Origin: Vicugna vicugna
Taxonomy: Eukaryota
Direction: 5' to 3'
Length of the DNA: 64,000 nt
Assembly: GCA_013265495.1 (NCBI GenBank)
Contig: MU058896.1
Coordinates: 496,001 to 560,000 of the forward strand
Shown: positions 35,593-49,099 of the stretch, piece by piece
Layout: each line of letters opens with the position of its first letter
Position numbering within the stretch: the stretch's first letter is position 1
Made by a program: the position numbers and the translations under genes
The notes under the pieces: generated by a model
Database searches by the model: none
Told to the model about the DNA's origin: nothing
The model's input: the letters and a program-made list of their open reading frames with translations, nothing else

Positions 35593-37352
35593 CTGGAATG
35601 AGACAACAGTGCCCAGCCAGCCTCAGCCCTCCTTACCCTGTAGCGGCCTGACTGCAGACGTGGGATCCTCCCAGCAGCCCCAAAACCCAGAAACGCGACC
35701 ACCATTCCACTGTGGGAGGCTAAGCACCAGGAGGCCCGGAGACTTCGGGGTCGCACACATCAGGCACGGCACAGGGCTGGACTGACACCCAGCTCACCCG
35801 CTGACTTGTTCTTTCTTCTACCTCCTCCTGCAGGACCTAACACTGTTACAGGCTCATGAAGAACCCACAGGACAGCCTCTAAAGGCCCCAACCACAACCT
35901 GCGTGGCAGCAAAGAGAGTCCCTGTGCCTGGGCAGGGGAGACCACAGCAGGAACTGCAGCCGGCATTGCGGGGAGCCCGCAACAGCTCCCGCATGGCGGC
36001 AGTCTTGGGCCATGGGCAGTTCCAAGACGAGCCTCTGTTGCAGGCAGCGCAGCTGTCTCGCGCCCCTTCATGGTAAGCAGGCAGAGCTGGGGGGACAGGC
36101 CTGGGCCACGGCAGGTTTTCTCGCCCCCTCCTCTGCACACTTCCTAGGGACCAGGGTGTTTGGAAGGGCGGATCCCGAGCCCCGTTCACTGCCCGCTGAC
36201 TGGGAGCCTGTGCGTCTGGGGCGGAACCTACTGCCTGCAGAGTCAGCCAGGACAGAGGGCCAGCCTCTACGAGGTTTTCCCACGGGGACCACCACCTCTT
36301 CCCGCCCCTGCGTGAGGAGCTCTGGGCCAGTGTCCTGGGTGCTATTCTCGCAGGACGTCCACTCTCCAGGCAGGTGTCCCTTCACCCCAGGACTCTGGGG
36401 CTGGGCACCGCAGTGAGGACTGTGCAGGGCCCAGGGCAGCTGCTCCAGTGCCCAGGGTCTTGGACCCTCCTCTCCATGGCCCCAGCCTCCTCCCATCTCT
36501 TCTCAGGGCAGAGGAAGGAGAGGCTGTGAGCACCAGGTTCTGGCAAGGGCTGTCACAGCACCATGATGCTCACTGCTGGATGGTCCCTCTCCAGGAGCCC
36601 CCAGCAGCATCACCCTCCCGTCACTGCTGCGTCCCTTTCGCGTTCTTCCCTATCAGTTTAGCTTCCACACCAAGCACACCCCATGTTAGTCAGAAAGAGC
36701 AGCAAGGAGCTGTGACCTCTCTGCAGCACTGGGACTCCCCCACTCAGAGCAATGTTGGAGGCGGGGCATCACGAGGCCAAGGGTTCTGGGAGCCCGTGAC
36801 CTGTTCTGCAGGGTTGCCAGGCACAAGAGAGTCCTGGGCATGAAGACAGAGAGCCCCTCAAAGATGGAGGGGCTGTCAGAAGATGAGGGTAGCAGCCATG
36901 GCTGAGGGTCTTCCATCACTGAATCCTCCCAGCAATACCCCGATTATTAACAGAGCCACTGTCACATTCTGGGATTTGACTGCAAATGATCAGTTCAAGT
37001 ACAGGCCCCCTTAGCACCCTGCGCTCCTGGGAGATCTTCCTGGAGGTGGTGTCTTACTGCCACACCCGCCCAAACCTGCCCATTGGCCCTTCACTTCCAC
37101 CTCAAGGAGCCAAGGGTGCCCTGCAGAACACAGACTTTGGGCCAGACACCCAGCACCCTACACTGGGCAAACCCCACAAGAGGGCTTCAAACTTCCCAAC
37201 AGTGTCAAGAATTGCACAAGGGAACAAAGAAGAGACGGCTGCCTCTCAATGGCCCTACTCTTCAGCCATCCAGTCCCAGGAGCCGGGCCCTGGACTCACC
37301 CACTGGGTGTCCTTGGGCCAGGGATCACACTGCCACTGAGCCCTGTCCTCAC

Positions 37353-37614
37353 CTGCTGCACGAGCTCGGGGGGCAGCTCAGGCCTCCACTGCTTCAGCTG
37401 GCGTGAGGCGAAGGAGTGCAGGGCGTAGGACATGGTGCCGAACTCAATCCACAGGGACAAGTTGGAGCTATCGATCTCTAGCGCCCGCCGGAAGCAGCTG
37501 ACGACAGGCGTGGCATGCCTCCAGATGGGCCCGTCGCTCTTCAGCTCATTGGAGTTCAGCTTGTCCTGAATGCGGCTGGCCCGGGCCAGAGCCATGCCTG
37601 CCCAGGAATCGAAC
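37353..37614 (-). CDS. CABIN1: CABIN1 coding exon (~exon 23), 262 nt, TPR region
   Basis: ctgcag|G TTC GAT TCC ... CAG CAG|gtgagg; encodes [87 protein letters not shown]. Confidence 0.96.
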
Positions 37615-40387
37615 CTGCAGTCATGACAGGGCACTAGCTCACCTGCCGTCCACAGGCGAAGTGCCCACCTGGACTAACTCCGCCCCTCGCTAACTCTGCA
37701 ACCATCACCTGTCCAGCCACAACTCTGAGCCTCGGTCCTTGACCCACAGAATATGGCCCTGCAGACCCACCTCAAAGGGAGAGCGCCCAACCAGCGCAGG
37801 TGACCCAGGCCCTCACGGGCGCCCAGCCACTGCTCTAAGCACCACCACCACCTGCAGCCCACAGACCACCCCCAGTACAGACTGGCCTGTCACTCAGCTT
37901 GCCTCTGTTCCCCTGCCTGGAGGGGGTCTCTGCAGGACAGTTCTGGACAGGGAGGAAAGGGGCTGCTCTACAGGTGCAGAACAATGGCCCGGCCACAGCA
38001 CAACCTTGTGACCTGTAACCCTGCCGACCCCACCCTGGCAAAGCCGGCCTTCCACTCTCAGCGACAGCAGCAGGGGGCACCCAGGACCCCTGCCACCCAG
38101 CTTCCACCCGGTTCTCCCACGGGGACCCTGAACAGACCCTGCCCTCTCCAGCTCAGTCCCCAGCAGCAAGGTGGACAACAAGGGGACCACATGATGGCTG
38201 AGCCCCCAGCACCCTGAGACCACCCTGAAGAAACTGACAGTGAGAACGCAGAAGCCTCTCTGAGACATTAAGACGATTTCGAGGCCCTTGAGAGTCTGGC
38301 ACTTCCCAGCACAGAGAACAGACAAGGCAGCAGCCTCCTGGGCAGATGCTGCCCTCCATAAGCCAAGCATTCCTAGCTGCCCCTCAACCTAACCTCACAA
38401 CCAGCCCCCTGGCTTCCCCAGGGCATGTAAGGTCAGGGAGACGCATTGCTTGCGAGGCTCACACATACGCTTACTGCAGTCCCAGCCCCAAGGACGAGAA
38501 AGCACCAGTGAGGGAGCAGGAGAGAAGCCTGGAGACTCAGTGGTGATGGAGGACAGCAACGGAGCAGGCTGCGCCCCGAGGCAGGTCCTGTTTGCAACCC
38601 TTCCTCCTGGGGGGACTGCCCCGGGGGGCAAGCACGGGGTGGGTGTCAGCCTCCCCCACAGATGTGGGACCTGTCGGGGACTCTCCACCTGGGCCAGTGC
38701 CTTCCACACTGGGGCATCTCCTCTCTAAACTCCCGAGCGTCTGCAGCAACCCCGCCACCCTACCGTGAGAGAAGGGGCCACATCACGTGTGTGCCAACGT
38801 ACCTGCCCTAGATCAAAACAGAAACCGCTGTCTCCCGTCACCAACACAAGTGAACAAGAACACAGACACGTTATCACAAAAACTTAAAATGCTCCCCCGG
38901 GGGCCACCAGGAGCCTCATCCCGATATGGTTCCTGATGTGAGCAGAGCAGTGCCCAGCCCACACAGGAGCACTGACCCACAGGGACCAGGGCACCAGGGA
39001 CAACATAAGCTCAGGAGGGGCATGTCTGAGGCCTGCACTCCCACCTGTGCGGGGCAGGCCTGGTCCTGGCACCAGGCTCAGGGCGGTTTCTATGGTGGAG
39101 GGCTGAGCTGTACTGGGCCTGCTCCTCCCTCCCCCCTCCCCCCTCCCCAAATGTCACTTTACAAAGTGCCCAGCCAAGGTGGACCACTTCTAGCTCAGCA
39201 GGAGAATGTCTGTCACACAGGGGGTAAGACACTGCTGCCAGCGCCCTCACAGATGCTCTCCCCACAGAGCTGCCACCAAGCACTGCACCAGAGTGCTTTG
39301 CTGTCCACCAGCCGCCTGCCACGGCTCCCCTGCACCCAGCGGACTCAAGAGGTATGGAGAAGAGTGGTGCCCAAACTTGCATTTTAGCGAGCACAGAAGA
39401 TGAGGCTGAGCTCGTGTCTGCCTGCCTGCGGGGGCAGGGCCAGGACAAACAAGGCCCAGGGCCACCAAGTCCCACATTCCCAGGGGCCTCTCCAGGCCTG
39501 AGGGCTGATGCCTTCTGAGCAGGCTGGGGGAAGGCCCAGTAGAGCAGTCGTGACCCTCATGTCACTGACTGAGGGGCCATGCCAGGCTCCCCGCCCCCTG
39601 GGACCAGTGGGCATTGTCACCTCCTCTCTTCAGAGGTGGAGGCAGTAGTGACTGCTGTCTCTCGCGATGAGCACTTGGCCAGCCTGGGCGCAGCTCTGAC
39701 ACATGGCCCAGCCCCCAGCGACCCTGGGGAGGACAGCCAGGGCCACCACCCTCTCTGCCTAGAGGAAACCACAGGCTGAGCAGAAGGGGATCCGGGGGAG
39801 CCTCGCCTGCTGCTGGAGAAGCCAGGCAACTGGCTTCCCCACAGATCCCAGCCCTTTCCCAGCCAGCTGGGTCCTGGCGAGGTGAAACTCGCGGCCCCCG
39901 TGCACTCTCAGGAAGGCTCCCAGGGCCCACAAGGAAGAGAGCAGGAGCCTCACAAGAGGCTCTGCTGCCAACACTCCGCGCCAGACAGGGACAGAACTCC
40001 CGGCTCGGAGGTTTCTACTACCCTCTCCCTGCCCCAAGAAAGAAATCGACCATAGTCAAAAGACACTGCACACCAGAGACTGACACACTGTAACTGACTA
40101 TACTTTAACTAAATAAGAAAGATTGTAGCAGAAAAAGCTAGAGCCTCACCAGCCGACTCTGGGGGGCCAGGGGCCAGGAGACTAGGCTGGGACAGGTGGA
40201 CGTCTGCTGCCCGCTCTGAGCCTAGGCCGCCCCGGGGCTGGGGAAGACAGCCCTGTGCTGCTCTTCTCTCTGAGAGTCTGCCTTTCCTTGGCGCCACCCT
40301 CTCCGCGCTCTCTCCCTCCTGGGCCTCCCCACTGGTGGCAGGGAAACCCCAAGCTGAGCTGCCTCCCCTCACCGCAGCAGCACTGAC

Positions 40388-40533
40388 CTGTCGGGGCAGA
40401 CGCAGATGTCATGCATGTAGAACTTGATGGCCTTGGACTGCTCCTTGTTCTTGAAATGGTAATCAGCCAGGAGGTAGTAGAGCTCATTTACCACTGGAGG
40501 GGAGGGGTCAGCCCCTTCTGGGAGGCAGGGCAC
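40388..40533 (-). CDS. CABIN1: CABIN1 coding exon (~exon 22), 146 nt, after a 107-nt intron
   Basis: tgccag|GTG CCC TGC ... CCC GAC AG|gtcagt; encodes [48 protein letters not shown](R). Confidence 0.96.
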
Positions 40534-40640
40534 CTGGCAGGTGAGAGGGCAAGGATGCAGGGAGGCAGAGCAGGGACTCAGGTGTGACCAGGGCCCTGAC
40601 GGCAGCGGTGTGGGACGCGGTCCAGGCGCCGAGCTCCTAC

Positions 40641-40847
40641 CTCAGTGGAGGTGCCTTCAATGTAGGCAGAGACTCTGTCCAGGCTCAGGGCTGGCCTCTC
40701 CGTGCGGGGCACGATGGTGGCGATTCTCTTGAGGAGGTTGGCCAAGTCAGCAGACACGGTGCTGGTCTTGTAGCTGTCAAATTCAGGAAGAGTCTTGGGC
40801 TTAAAATACTCAAACATGAACAGGGCATCCTCCCATATCAGGTCCAT
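40641..40847 (-). CDS. CABIN1: CABIN1 coding exon (~exon 21), 207 nt
   Basis: ttccag|ATG GAC CTG ... ACT GAG|gtagga; encodes [69 protein letters not shown]. Confidence 0.96.
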
Positions 40848-41390
40848 CTGGAAAGAAGGCAGAGGCGGGTCACTGTGTGGTCCAGGTAAAGAACATGGGG
40901 AGTTCGTCCACGGAAATGCATGGTGTCTGATGTAGGCCAGCTCACAATACACAGAGAGCCTAAAATGACTCCTATGTACTTAAAATACCTGCTCACCCAC
41001 TGTAATCTCCAAACCCAGGTGTCTGGTGAGCAGAAATGTGAACCAGTGCAAGCCCAGACTTTATGAAGACAAACACTGGAACCGAGGGCGCACTCATGTG
41101 TCACGAGGCCACACAAGAGGCAGGTTCAGGGATAAGTGTGAGGGGCAGACCAGACGCCCCCTGTGCCCCAGCGTCCCGTCGGTCCTCTGGCTGACAAGTA
41201 CTGACCAAGCACTAGCTCTGGACCAGGGTGGGTCTGCACACTGTAGGGGCCCTGCTCAATGGAGTGCACGTTTAGGGGATGAACTCCCTTAAGGTCAAAG
41301 AATAACTGACTGTGTTAAGAAGCCATATCATAAAATGACACACCTACTAGTGGTCTGAAAACCACACGATAAAAAATGGAAACCTTATGT

Positions 41391-41567
41391 GGGGAGGGTA
41401 TAGCTTAGTGGTAAAGTGCATGCCAAGCATGAAAAAAAGGTCCTGGGTTCAATTCCCAGTACCTCTGTTTAAAAACATAAATAAATAAGCCTAAAATTAC
41501 CTCCCCGCCATTAGAAAACTTTTTTTAAAAAAGAAAGAAAAACAAAAGACAAAACAAAACAAAAAAA
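41391..41567 (+). mobile_element. tRNA-derived SINE (Vic-1-like, camelid) with A-rich tail
   Basis: GGGGAGGGTATAGCTTAGTGGTAAAGTGCATGCCAAGCATG...GGTCCTGGGTTCAATTCCCAGTACCTC, then AT-rich body and A/AC-rich tail. Degenerate target-site duplication: aaaaaatggaaacctt / aaaaaaaggaaacttt. Confidence 0.85.
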
Positions 41568-41832
41568 GGAAACTTTCTAAGGAATGATATGCGTTATCCA
41601 AACTGGGGGGAATCTACTGGAAATTGCCAGTCTGCATTTCTGAATGATTAGTCAACATTTACGAAATTAGTCTCTGAAAGGAAAGCCGTTTTCCTCGGGA
41701 TTTCGATGAGACTAGTCCACCTGACACAACTCCAGCTCACCTGCCGGGCTGTGAGACAGCAAACCTGACACCCTCAGGGAGCACAGGCTCCCGCAAGCCC
41801 AGCCCCTGAGCAGGGGCAGGCGGCGCCCTCAC

Positions 41833-41994
41833 CTGCTGGGCCGAATGCTCCTCCAGGTACCTGGCCTTGCTCTTCTTGCTGGGGTAGCTGTACAGGCAGT
41901 AGAAGCACTGCTCCAAGGCCGTCTCCAGCTCCTCCTTGTATGGATGAGTGTCTTCAGAGGTGGATGCGGCAAGCTCTTTCTGGAGTACGCGCAC
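41833..41994 (-). CDS. CABIN1: CABIN1 coding exon (~exon 20), 162 nt
   Basis: ctgtag|GTG CGC GTA ... CAG CAG|gtgagg; encodes [54 protein letters not shown]. Confidence 0.96.
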
Positions 41995-42194
41995 CTACAG
42001 CGGTGACGGAGGAGGTGCCTGGCGGGGGGGCCCGCAGCCCTCGGGCACAGTGGGCCACCAGCTCTGTTACCCTGAGGGGTGTGTCTGGGCCTGTCTTGCT
42101 AGGGGGTGGTAGTCACCTTCGAGGAAGCCAAGGGGCCACTCAAGGCTCCCCATCCAGCACCCCACCAGCTTCAAGCAGTGCTACACTTGTCCAC

Positions 42195-42330
42195 CAAGCC
42201 ATTCATCTGTCCCCCCAAATATCTACTGAGCACCTTCTTATGCTGGGCAGGGAGACACCAACTCTGCTCTGGGGAGATCAGACTCCCACGAGGGACCATG
42301 AATTAAATAGTTGTAACGTAAGATGACTCA
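42195..42330 (-). mobile_element. L2 3'-end relic
   Basis: ccattcatctgtccccccaaatatctactgagcacc matches the antisense L2 tail pattern. Confidence 0.55.
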
Positions 42331-42479
42331 TCCCAGGAGGGCCAAGGAAATCTCGAAGACAGACGTTAGTGAGGATCACGGAAGAGGTGGTGTCCGTGGA
42401 TGTTAGACCCAATGGCTACTGTTATGCCAACTATTAGCAAACCATACTTTCTTTTCAAGCATCCATGGTATTTTTACCG

Positions 42480-43075
42480 AAACTAGACAAAAAGCAAGTC
42501 TCAACAAATTCTAAAGACCAGGTATGATGTAGATCACAACCTCTGAACATAATTCAATAAAATTGGAAACCAATTACATAAAGATAGCAAACACCATGCT
42601 CATGGCATGCAACTAAAAGTATACTTGGGAAAACTTACAATATTCAACACATGTATTAGAAGAGTGATCACTAAAATAAGCATTTACTTCAGTAAGTTAG
42701 AAAAAAACACAAAGCAAATCCAAAGAAAGTAAAAAAAAAAAAAATACTGAAGTGGCAATGGATGAACTAGAAAGCAAAGAAAAAAATTGATCAATACACC
42801 AACAGCTGGTAGTTTCAAAAAAACTGATTTTGATAAACTTCATTAAAGACTCATTTTTCAAGAAAGAGGAAAAGAAGCACAAATAAATGGTTTCAGTGAT
42901 GAAAGAGGGGGCATAACTAAAGGTGCTAAAGAGAGTTTCATAATCATAAACAAATGCGATGAGCAAGCTGATGCTTACATGGACACTATTCCAAAAACAT
43001 TACTGACTTTAGAACAGAAAATCTAAATGAACCCATAATCACCAAAGAAACAGTCAACAGTTTAAATCTTACTCT
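42480..43075 (+). mobile_element. Ancient L1 ORF2 relic; a further RT-region piece lies at about 43490-43630
   Basis: aaagcaagtctcaacaaattc, aagttagaaaaaaac...caaatccaaagaaagt, aaaatctaaatgaacccataatcacc; gacaatatgactgtctacatagg resembles DDMIVYIEN. Confidence 0.75.
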
Positions 43076-43122
43076 GAGGGGGTTGGGGACAGGGAGAGGG
43101 ACTGGCAGTGCACACTCCAGAC

Positions 43123-43449
43123 CAGGGGTGGGGTGCAAACTACAGCTTGTACAGCTCGTGGGGCAAACCCTGTATTGCCTGTTTCTGTACAGCCTGAGAG
43201 CTAAAAATGGCATTTACATTTTTAAATTATTTTTAAAAATTAAAAGGAGTTCTGCTCTGTAACACGTGAGAATTATATGAAAGGTTCAGCACCCGCAAGC
43301 TTTCGCATTAAATCTTTATACACTGTTTACAGCTGCATTGGTGTTTCAAAGGGCACACCTTTGAAGTGGTTTCAACAGAGACCGTGTGGCCTGAAAGCCT
43401 GGAAAATTTACCCTCTGTCCCTTTACAAAAGAAGTTTTGTTGACTTCTG
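43123..43449 (+). mobile_element. MER58B-like hAT-Charlie MITE
   Basis: caggggtg...gcaaactacagc...gagctaaaaatggcatttacatttttaaa...cagagaccgtgtggcctgaaagcctggaaaatttaccctctgtccctttacaaaagaagttttgttgacttctg; length and ends fit the recalled consensus. Confidence 0.8.
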
Positions 43450-44090
43450 GCCAAGACAACAGGGGAAAAAAGACTGAAAAGGAGGGAAGACATATGTATG
43501 GACAATATGACTGTCTACATAGGAAACTCGAGAAATCCGTAACCCACCAGAACGAAGAAAGGCAATAAGCAAAGGACCTGTGTGTAAGAGAAACTTCACG
43601 GTCTACCAAAAAAGCCACCAACTGAGAAAACCCGGGAGCAGGGCCATCCAGTAACCGCCCCTTCCCTCCAGGCGCCACTCCCCGAGCCCTGGCCTCACTC
43701 TCAGCTTGTCCTGGTCAGCACCAGGGTGCAGGCAGGCAGGGCACCGGGACAGACAGACCCTGTGCGGGTGGAAGGGGAGACGGCAGAAGGAGCTGCAGAT
43801 CCCTGGGCAGCAGGATGGACAACATAGACTCTGCCTGGCATGATCCTTCCAAAACTGGTTCTGGACTCCAAGCTAACCCAGGGGAGCTCCCAGAGGCCCC
43901 TGGAGCTCACAGGATGGGCCAGACACTCCAGCATCCACAGCTGGAGCTGGAGCTTGCCCTCCTCGGACACTGACCTGCTCCGGGGCCCTGAGCCAGCCAG
44001 GGCTCCCTGCCAAGACTCCATGTCCTCAATACCAGAGCTGTGCAAATTGTGAAGCCCCTCGACACATGAGCTCTACACACAATCTCAGTC

Positions 44091-44240
44091 CCATTCACTC
44101 ATTCAACCCACACTTATTAAGCACCTGCTATGTGCCGGGTGCTATGCTAGGTGCTTGGATCATTCAGTGAACAAAACTAGAAAACACACCTGCATGGAAG
44201 CTGCATTTCACTGACAAAGAGATAGACCAACAACAAATAA
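44091..44240 (-). mobile_element. L2 3'-end relic
   Basis: cattcactcattcaacccacacttattaagcacctgctatgtgccgggtgctatgctaggtgct, a classic antisense L2 terminus. Confidence 0.8.
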
Positions 44241-44337
44241 AATGGCACGCTGGGGCCAGAAGAGGGCCCAGGGAGAGTAGGGGGCAGAGGAGGGGGATCA
44301 GGAGGACAGGAGCCATGTGCTCACCACGAAGGTACAA

Positions 44338-44460
44338 AGCAAAGGTCAGCAAATCTTTTCTTAAAGGTGCAGATAGCAAATATCTTAGTAAACATGGCTT
44401 TAGAGCTGACATGCAGGGGAATGGGCACGGCTCCGTCCCACTGACCCATCTATGACCAGG
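44338..44460 (+). mobile_element. MER58A-like fragment
   Basis: ggtcagcaaatcttttcttaaaggtgcagatagcaaatatcttag resembles the MER58A 5' end. Confidence 0.55.
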
Positions 44461-44938
44461 CACCAGAGCTGGGCTGGGTGCCCCTCTGGCCCTGTAACTG
44501 GTCTGTGTGCCATCCAGCTTCTCACTCAACAGCAAAGTCTGGGAACAAGGATCGGGCTGCTTGTATCTCGAGTCAGCTGGGCAAGTGAGAGGAAGCCCAC
44601 CTGCGCCCCCCGAGCATCTCCTGAGAGAATGAGAGCAATCGCTGCTGATGGAGCAGCCACTACAGCCTGAAGGGTGGTGCCTGACAAACGGACCAGCGGG
44701 CGGCAGGAGACTGAAGTCACCACCTCTAAAATTACTAACAAGGCAACAGACTCAGTGAGGGCCAGGGGGTCTACGTCCACCAGCAGTTCAAGGCCAGGTC
44801 CAGAATCCTGGGCCTCAGGTCGCAGGGACTCCAAGCTCAGACTTTCTGGCAACTGTGAGTTATCACCAACATGCAACAGTCAGAGAAGGGCAGGGCCCAG
44901 TGGCAGGGGAAGGCCAGGTGAGCCCCAGCAGCACTTAC

Positions 44939-45054
44939 GTAGAAGCGCAGCAGAGCCCCATCAGAATTGCAGCACCAGGACCTCCGGCCCAAGTACTCGT
45001 GGGCTGTGTTGAGCAGCATGAGGGAGGAGGGGAGCACGGGCGCCTCGGCCATCA
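44939..45054 (-). CDS. CABIN1: CABIN1 coding exon (~exon 19), 116 nt
   Basis: ccacag|TG ATG GCC ... TTC TAC|gtaagt; encodes [38 protein letters not shown]. Confidence 0.95.
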
Positions 45055-45189
45055 CTGTGGGGAGACCAGACGGACAGATGGGTTAGCGTGGGGTGTGTAC
45101 AGGAGCAGCAGGGTTCAGCCTCTCTTGTCCTTACCATGGGGATCAGAGATTTCCCCTTCTTTCCTTTCTCATCTTCCTTTCGTTTCAAA

Positions 45190-46720
45190 TATGTAATAAC
45201 TTGACTGACTCTACTAAAGCAATACGTGCTTATCAAAAAACAATTCAAACCACACAGCAAAGTATAAAGAAGGACTGCTTCCTCACCAAGCTCCAGCCCC
45301 CAGATAACCCACGCTGGGACATGGAGAACAGCCCTGGAAGCATCCTTCTATGAGTGGGTGAGACACTTTGAAACAGAAAGATAAGTAATTTGTAATGATG
45401 GAACCCATAGTACACACATTACTGCTTAACTTAAAAACTCTTGTTTAGGTCTATCTAAATATAATAGAAGAAAAAAGAACTCCCAAATCTCAGTTAAATA
45501 TTCACCACTGGAACTATCATTAATTCCCTAAAGATCCCTTGGTGCTTTTGAAACTCTAGGCCATAACCTCGTGGTCTTGTAACACTTTCTAGGAGTATCA
45601 GGATAGAGTACGTTAAGGCAGAACGTGCTAGAGGAAATCACGCCCCGTAGAGCGAGGGAGGATTCTTTCACTTTTTCTTGGTTAGTCTCCGTCAAAGAGA
45701 CATGAAAAGCGCTGGTAAAAAGAAGTCGGAAAATCACTCATCTTGAGCCATTCTGGGTTTTCATGGGTCTTCTATGTTCATTTCCATATTCAGCAGCACC
45801 AAGAACGATGACACAAGATCAGTGACAGCAGTGACACGTCCTTCCCCCAGCTCCCCGTTTTGCTGTGCATGTTGCCTGCGGTGCTTCAAGGTTCTGTCCT
45901 GCAGCCATGAGCCCAGTTGCTTTCCCTCAACCGCAACTCCACGTGGACTTGGTGCTCATGGAAGAGTTCTCTCCCCTGGCTTTTCCGGTCCTGAGGAATT
46001 TCATTCTGACTCACGTTGGTTGACTGACTTCACCCTCCAGCCATGTTTCTAAGAAGCACCCGGAGGAGCTGGAACCCACTGTAATTACAAACTACTTGGC
46101 CAGCTGCCTTGGCTCACGCCTTCGCTGGGAGCTGTGCAGACAGTGGACATCACCCCAGCTGCACTGGACACTGCTACGGAGAAATCTGAAATGAGTCTCA
46201 CTCCTTGTCCCGTGAAAGTAAATCGCTTTTTCAGTTTAGAAACCTAAAAAATCTTTATCCTTAAAATGGATCCTTAACCAGGAGGTATCTTGACATATTG
46301 TTGTTACCGACTTTTCTTGGTATATACTGCACTTTGAATCTGCGGATTCAGCTGTTACTACAATTTAGAGACGCCAGGTTGGTTGCTTCTCTCACTTCAC
46401 TGCCGGGGCCTTGCGATCCAGGGCTCTGTTCACCGTTACCCTGGACCACCTCTGCTTTCCACATCCGTCACCTTCTTAGCCACACTCCTCGCCTCAGTCT
46501 GTCACATTCACTCTGCTTCTTGCTATTTGTTAGTGTACGACGGCCAGATATGGTTTGCGGCGTTTTCCTTAGTTCTACAGTTTTCCTTTTCATTTCACTG
46601 TTTATCGTCTTAAAAACTTTACAAGTGATTTCCTCGTGCCCACCATTCACAGGGCCTCTGCCTCCACTCCGTGATACCTGCTTTCTTCCAGGCCGAAATG
46701 GCCCATTTTTCGCAGGGTAT
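45190..46720 (-). mobile_element. Degenerate L1 relics (3' end and ORF1/5' region)
   Basis: T-rich island with antisense L1 ORF1-like motifs (gagaaatctgaaatgagtctcactcc..., ctttgaatctgcggattc). Boundaries approximate. Confidence 0.5.
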
Positions 46721-49099
46721 GTCCTTCCTTCCTTTCTGTCCCCACTTGGCGTGGGGTAAGCACACCTGCCAGGTCACTTCTTTCTGTCTCACTCACAGTC
46801 AGCCAGGGCGGCTGCTCAGATCAGGGACGTGCCCCAATCACCAGGAATGAATTTTCTAGGGTGCTCTCCCATCAAGAAGGCCAAGCTGCCCTTTCCTTAC
46901 AGCTGTACTATTAAAGTGGGCATCTGGCTCGGTCACCTTCCACAGCCAGTGTCCGCAGAACAGAAGGGAGACCGCTTGACCAGGGCTGCAGGCAGTCCTT
47001 GCGGGGCCACAAGGTCTCGTTCTCTCCTGAGAGCCCCTTAAAGGTAGGGTGGCTGCATGGGGAGAGGAGTGTGGTCAGATAGTCTTGGGGGCAGCTCCTT
47101 CAGGGTCTGCTGTGGCTGCAGAGGCTCCAGCCCCCAGACTCGTGGACCCCCATGGGAGCCACGTCCAGTCACTGAGCGTGATGGGAGGGCACAGGGACCT
47201 GGACAGGCACTTGCTGCAGAGCCCCCACCAGGTGGCCAAGGCACAGTCAGGCCACAGCCCAGGTCTCAGTCCGCCCTGCATCCTCTCACGAGCACAGATC
47301 CCCAGTGACCCATCTCAGAGTCTGCTCCAGAGAATCAGTGTGTGACAACGTCCCACACTAGCCCCTCACCACCGGCCAGAAGTGCCCTCCGTGCTATCTG
47401 CCCCAGAAGGCGCAGGACCCAACAGCAGCCCCGCCGCTGCCACGGGGGCCATAGCACCAGCCATGCTCTACAGAGGAGAGGACTGTCAACGCACCACCCT
47501 CCCTCGGTTCTCCTCCTGGAGGTGGAGGCAGGGACAGGCACCACTCCAGCAGCCAGAACCCCTGATCTGTCCCTGGGCCTGGCCGTCCAGAGTCACGGCA
47601 TTTGACTGTTCCCCTTATTTGCTTACTGACAGGTTTTTTTTAAAAAACCGTGTTGTGTTTGCACAATTAATTGGGGAGAAAAAGAGACTCTTTATCTGGA
47701 AGTCTTTTTGTATCATTCTTATAAGAAAAAGAATACACATTTATAGCTGCAAACCTTAATTTTTCTTTTCTCACCACTAAAACCTTTTTAGAAAACACAC
47801 AGGCAGCACCATTTGTCAAGAGCTCTAAAGATATCCATTCTAAAAATTTATCAAATAAATCAATTCAGCAGAAACAAAAGGGTACAGTGAGGTGCTGGCG
47901 ACAGAGTGACCCATAAGAGAGAAACAATGCAGCTGTCTTGACAGTCCAGCAGGGGGTTCAGCAGACCAGGGCACCTCTCGTCAGCACCACGAAGACCACG
48001 GGATGAAGCGGACACAGCTTTACAAAAGGGTGTGAGAGCCTCTCTGTCTTGCTCCTTCTACATTCAACCCACACGGACCAGCTCCTCGAGTCCCTGCCCA
48101 GCTCCCTGGGTCTCCATCAGGCCTAAGCCCAACGCCCACCCTCGCTGCCACTATGGCACGGTGCCATGGATGCTGTGGGTGCTGTGGGCACCCTGGGCAG
48201 TCCCGTCTGCCTCCCCCACGTGAACTTGTCAGGTCAGAGGCTCTCACTCACAGAGGCCTGACAAGCAGTGAGCAGCAGTAACTTTCAGGGGAGTAAAGGA
48301 CGAAGCGGGAGCAAGTGGGAGGAAGGAATCTCGAGTTCACTCCATGGTCGTTGGAACACAGCTGACTTCCCTGTCTGCTTTGCTGACTTGTCAAACACTG
48401 AGGAAAAATCCCCAATAAATTCAATTTTAAGCTGGCTGAACAAATATGTAAGTCGAGTATTATAACCACAGCTATATAAAAAGTACATGTGTACTGGCCA
48501 AGTTTAGGTAGAAAATGCAAGAACACCAAAGGGGAAAGCTCCCTTCGGTAGGATTATAGACACCCTGCCTCAGTGCCGTTTGGCTGCTGTTTCCATGTAG
48601 TCTCTTCCACCACGCCAACCCGCTCCAGTGCCATCCCCAGGCTCCCCAGGCCCCGGGCAGCACTACCCCGGCCTGGACGTGGGGAGCCGACGCTGGAGGT
48701 CACACACCCAGAAGTGGAACCTGCGCTGCCGGCCCAGCCTGCCCTCCAGCCGCCACATCCCAGCCTTGAAGGCCCACATGCAGGAGAGCTACAGGGCTGC
48801 ATGGGGACCAAAGGAGGTGGCAGGCATGGCGCTCTTCATGGGCCCTTGCCACCTGCCATTTCCTCCGCATTGCCACCCGCACCAGACGAGACAAACATCA
48901 CACGCCACAGCCCCGCCCCGCGCTATACAGCGAGCTCCCTGGGGAGCCTCTGCCTCCATCCAAGTGCCACGAAAAATCCTGCCAACCAAGCCCAGGCCCA
49001 CTCACAGCACCTGGCCCTGGGGCAGAGATAAAAGTCCAGGATGTTCAGGCTGAAGACCACCCCACCGAGGGCCACCCCCACTGGCCCACGTCCCAGCAC

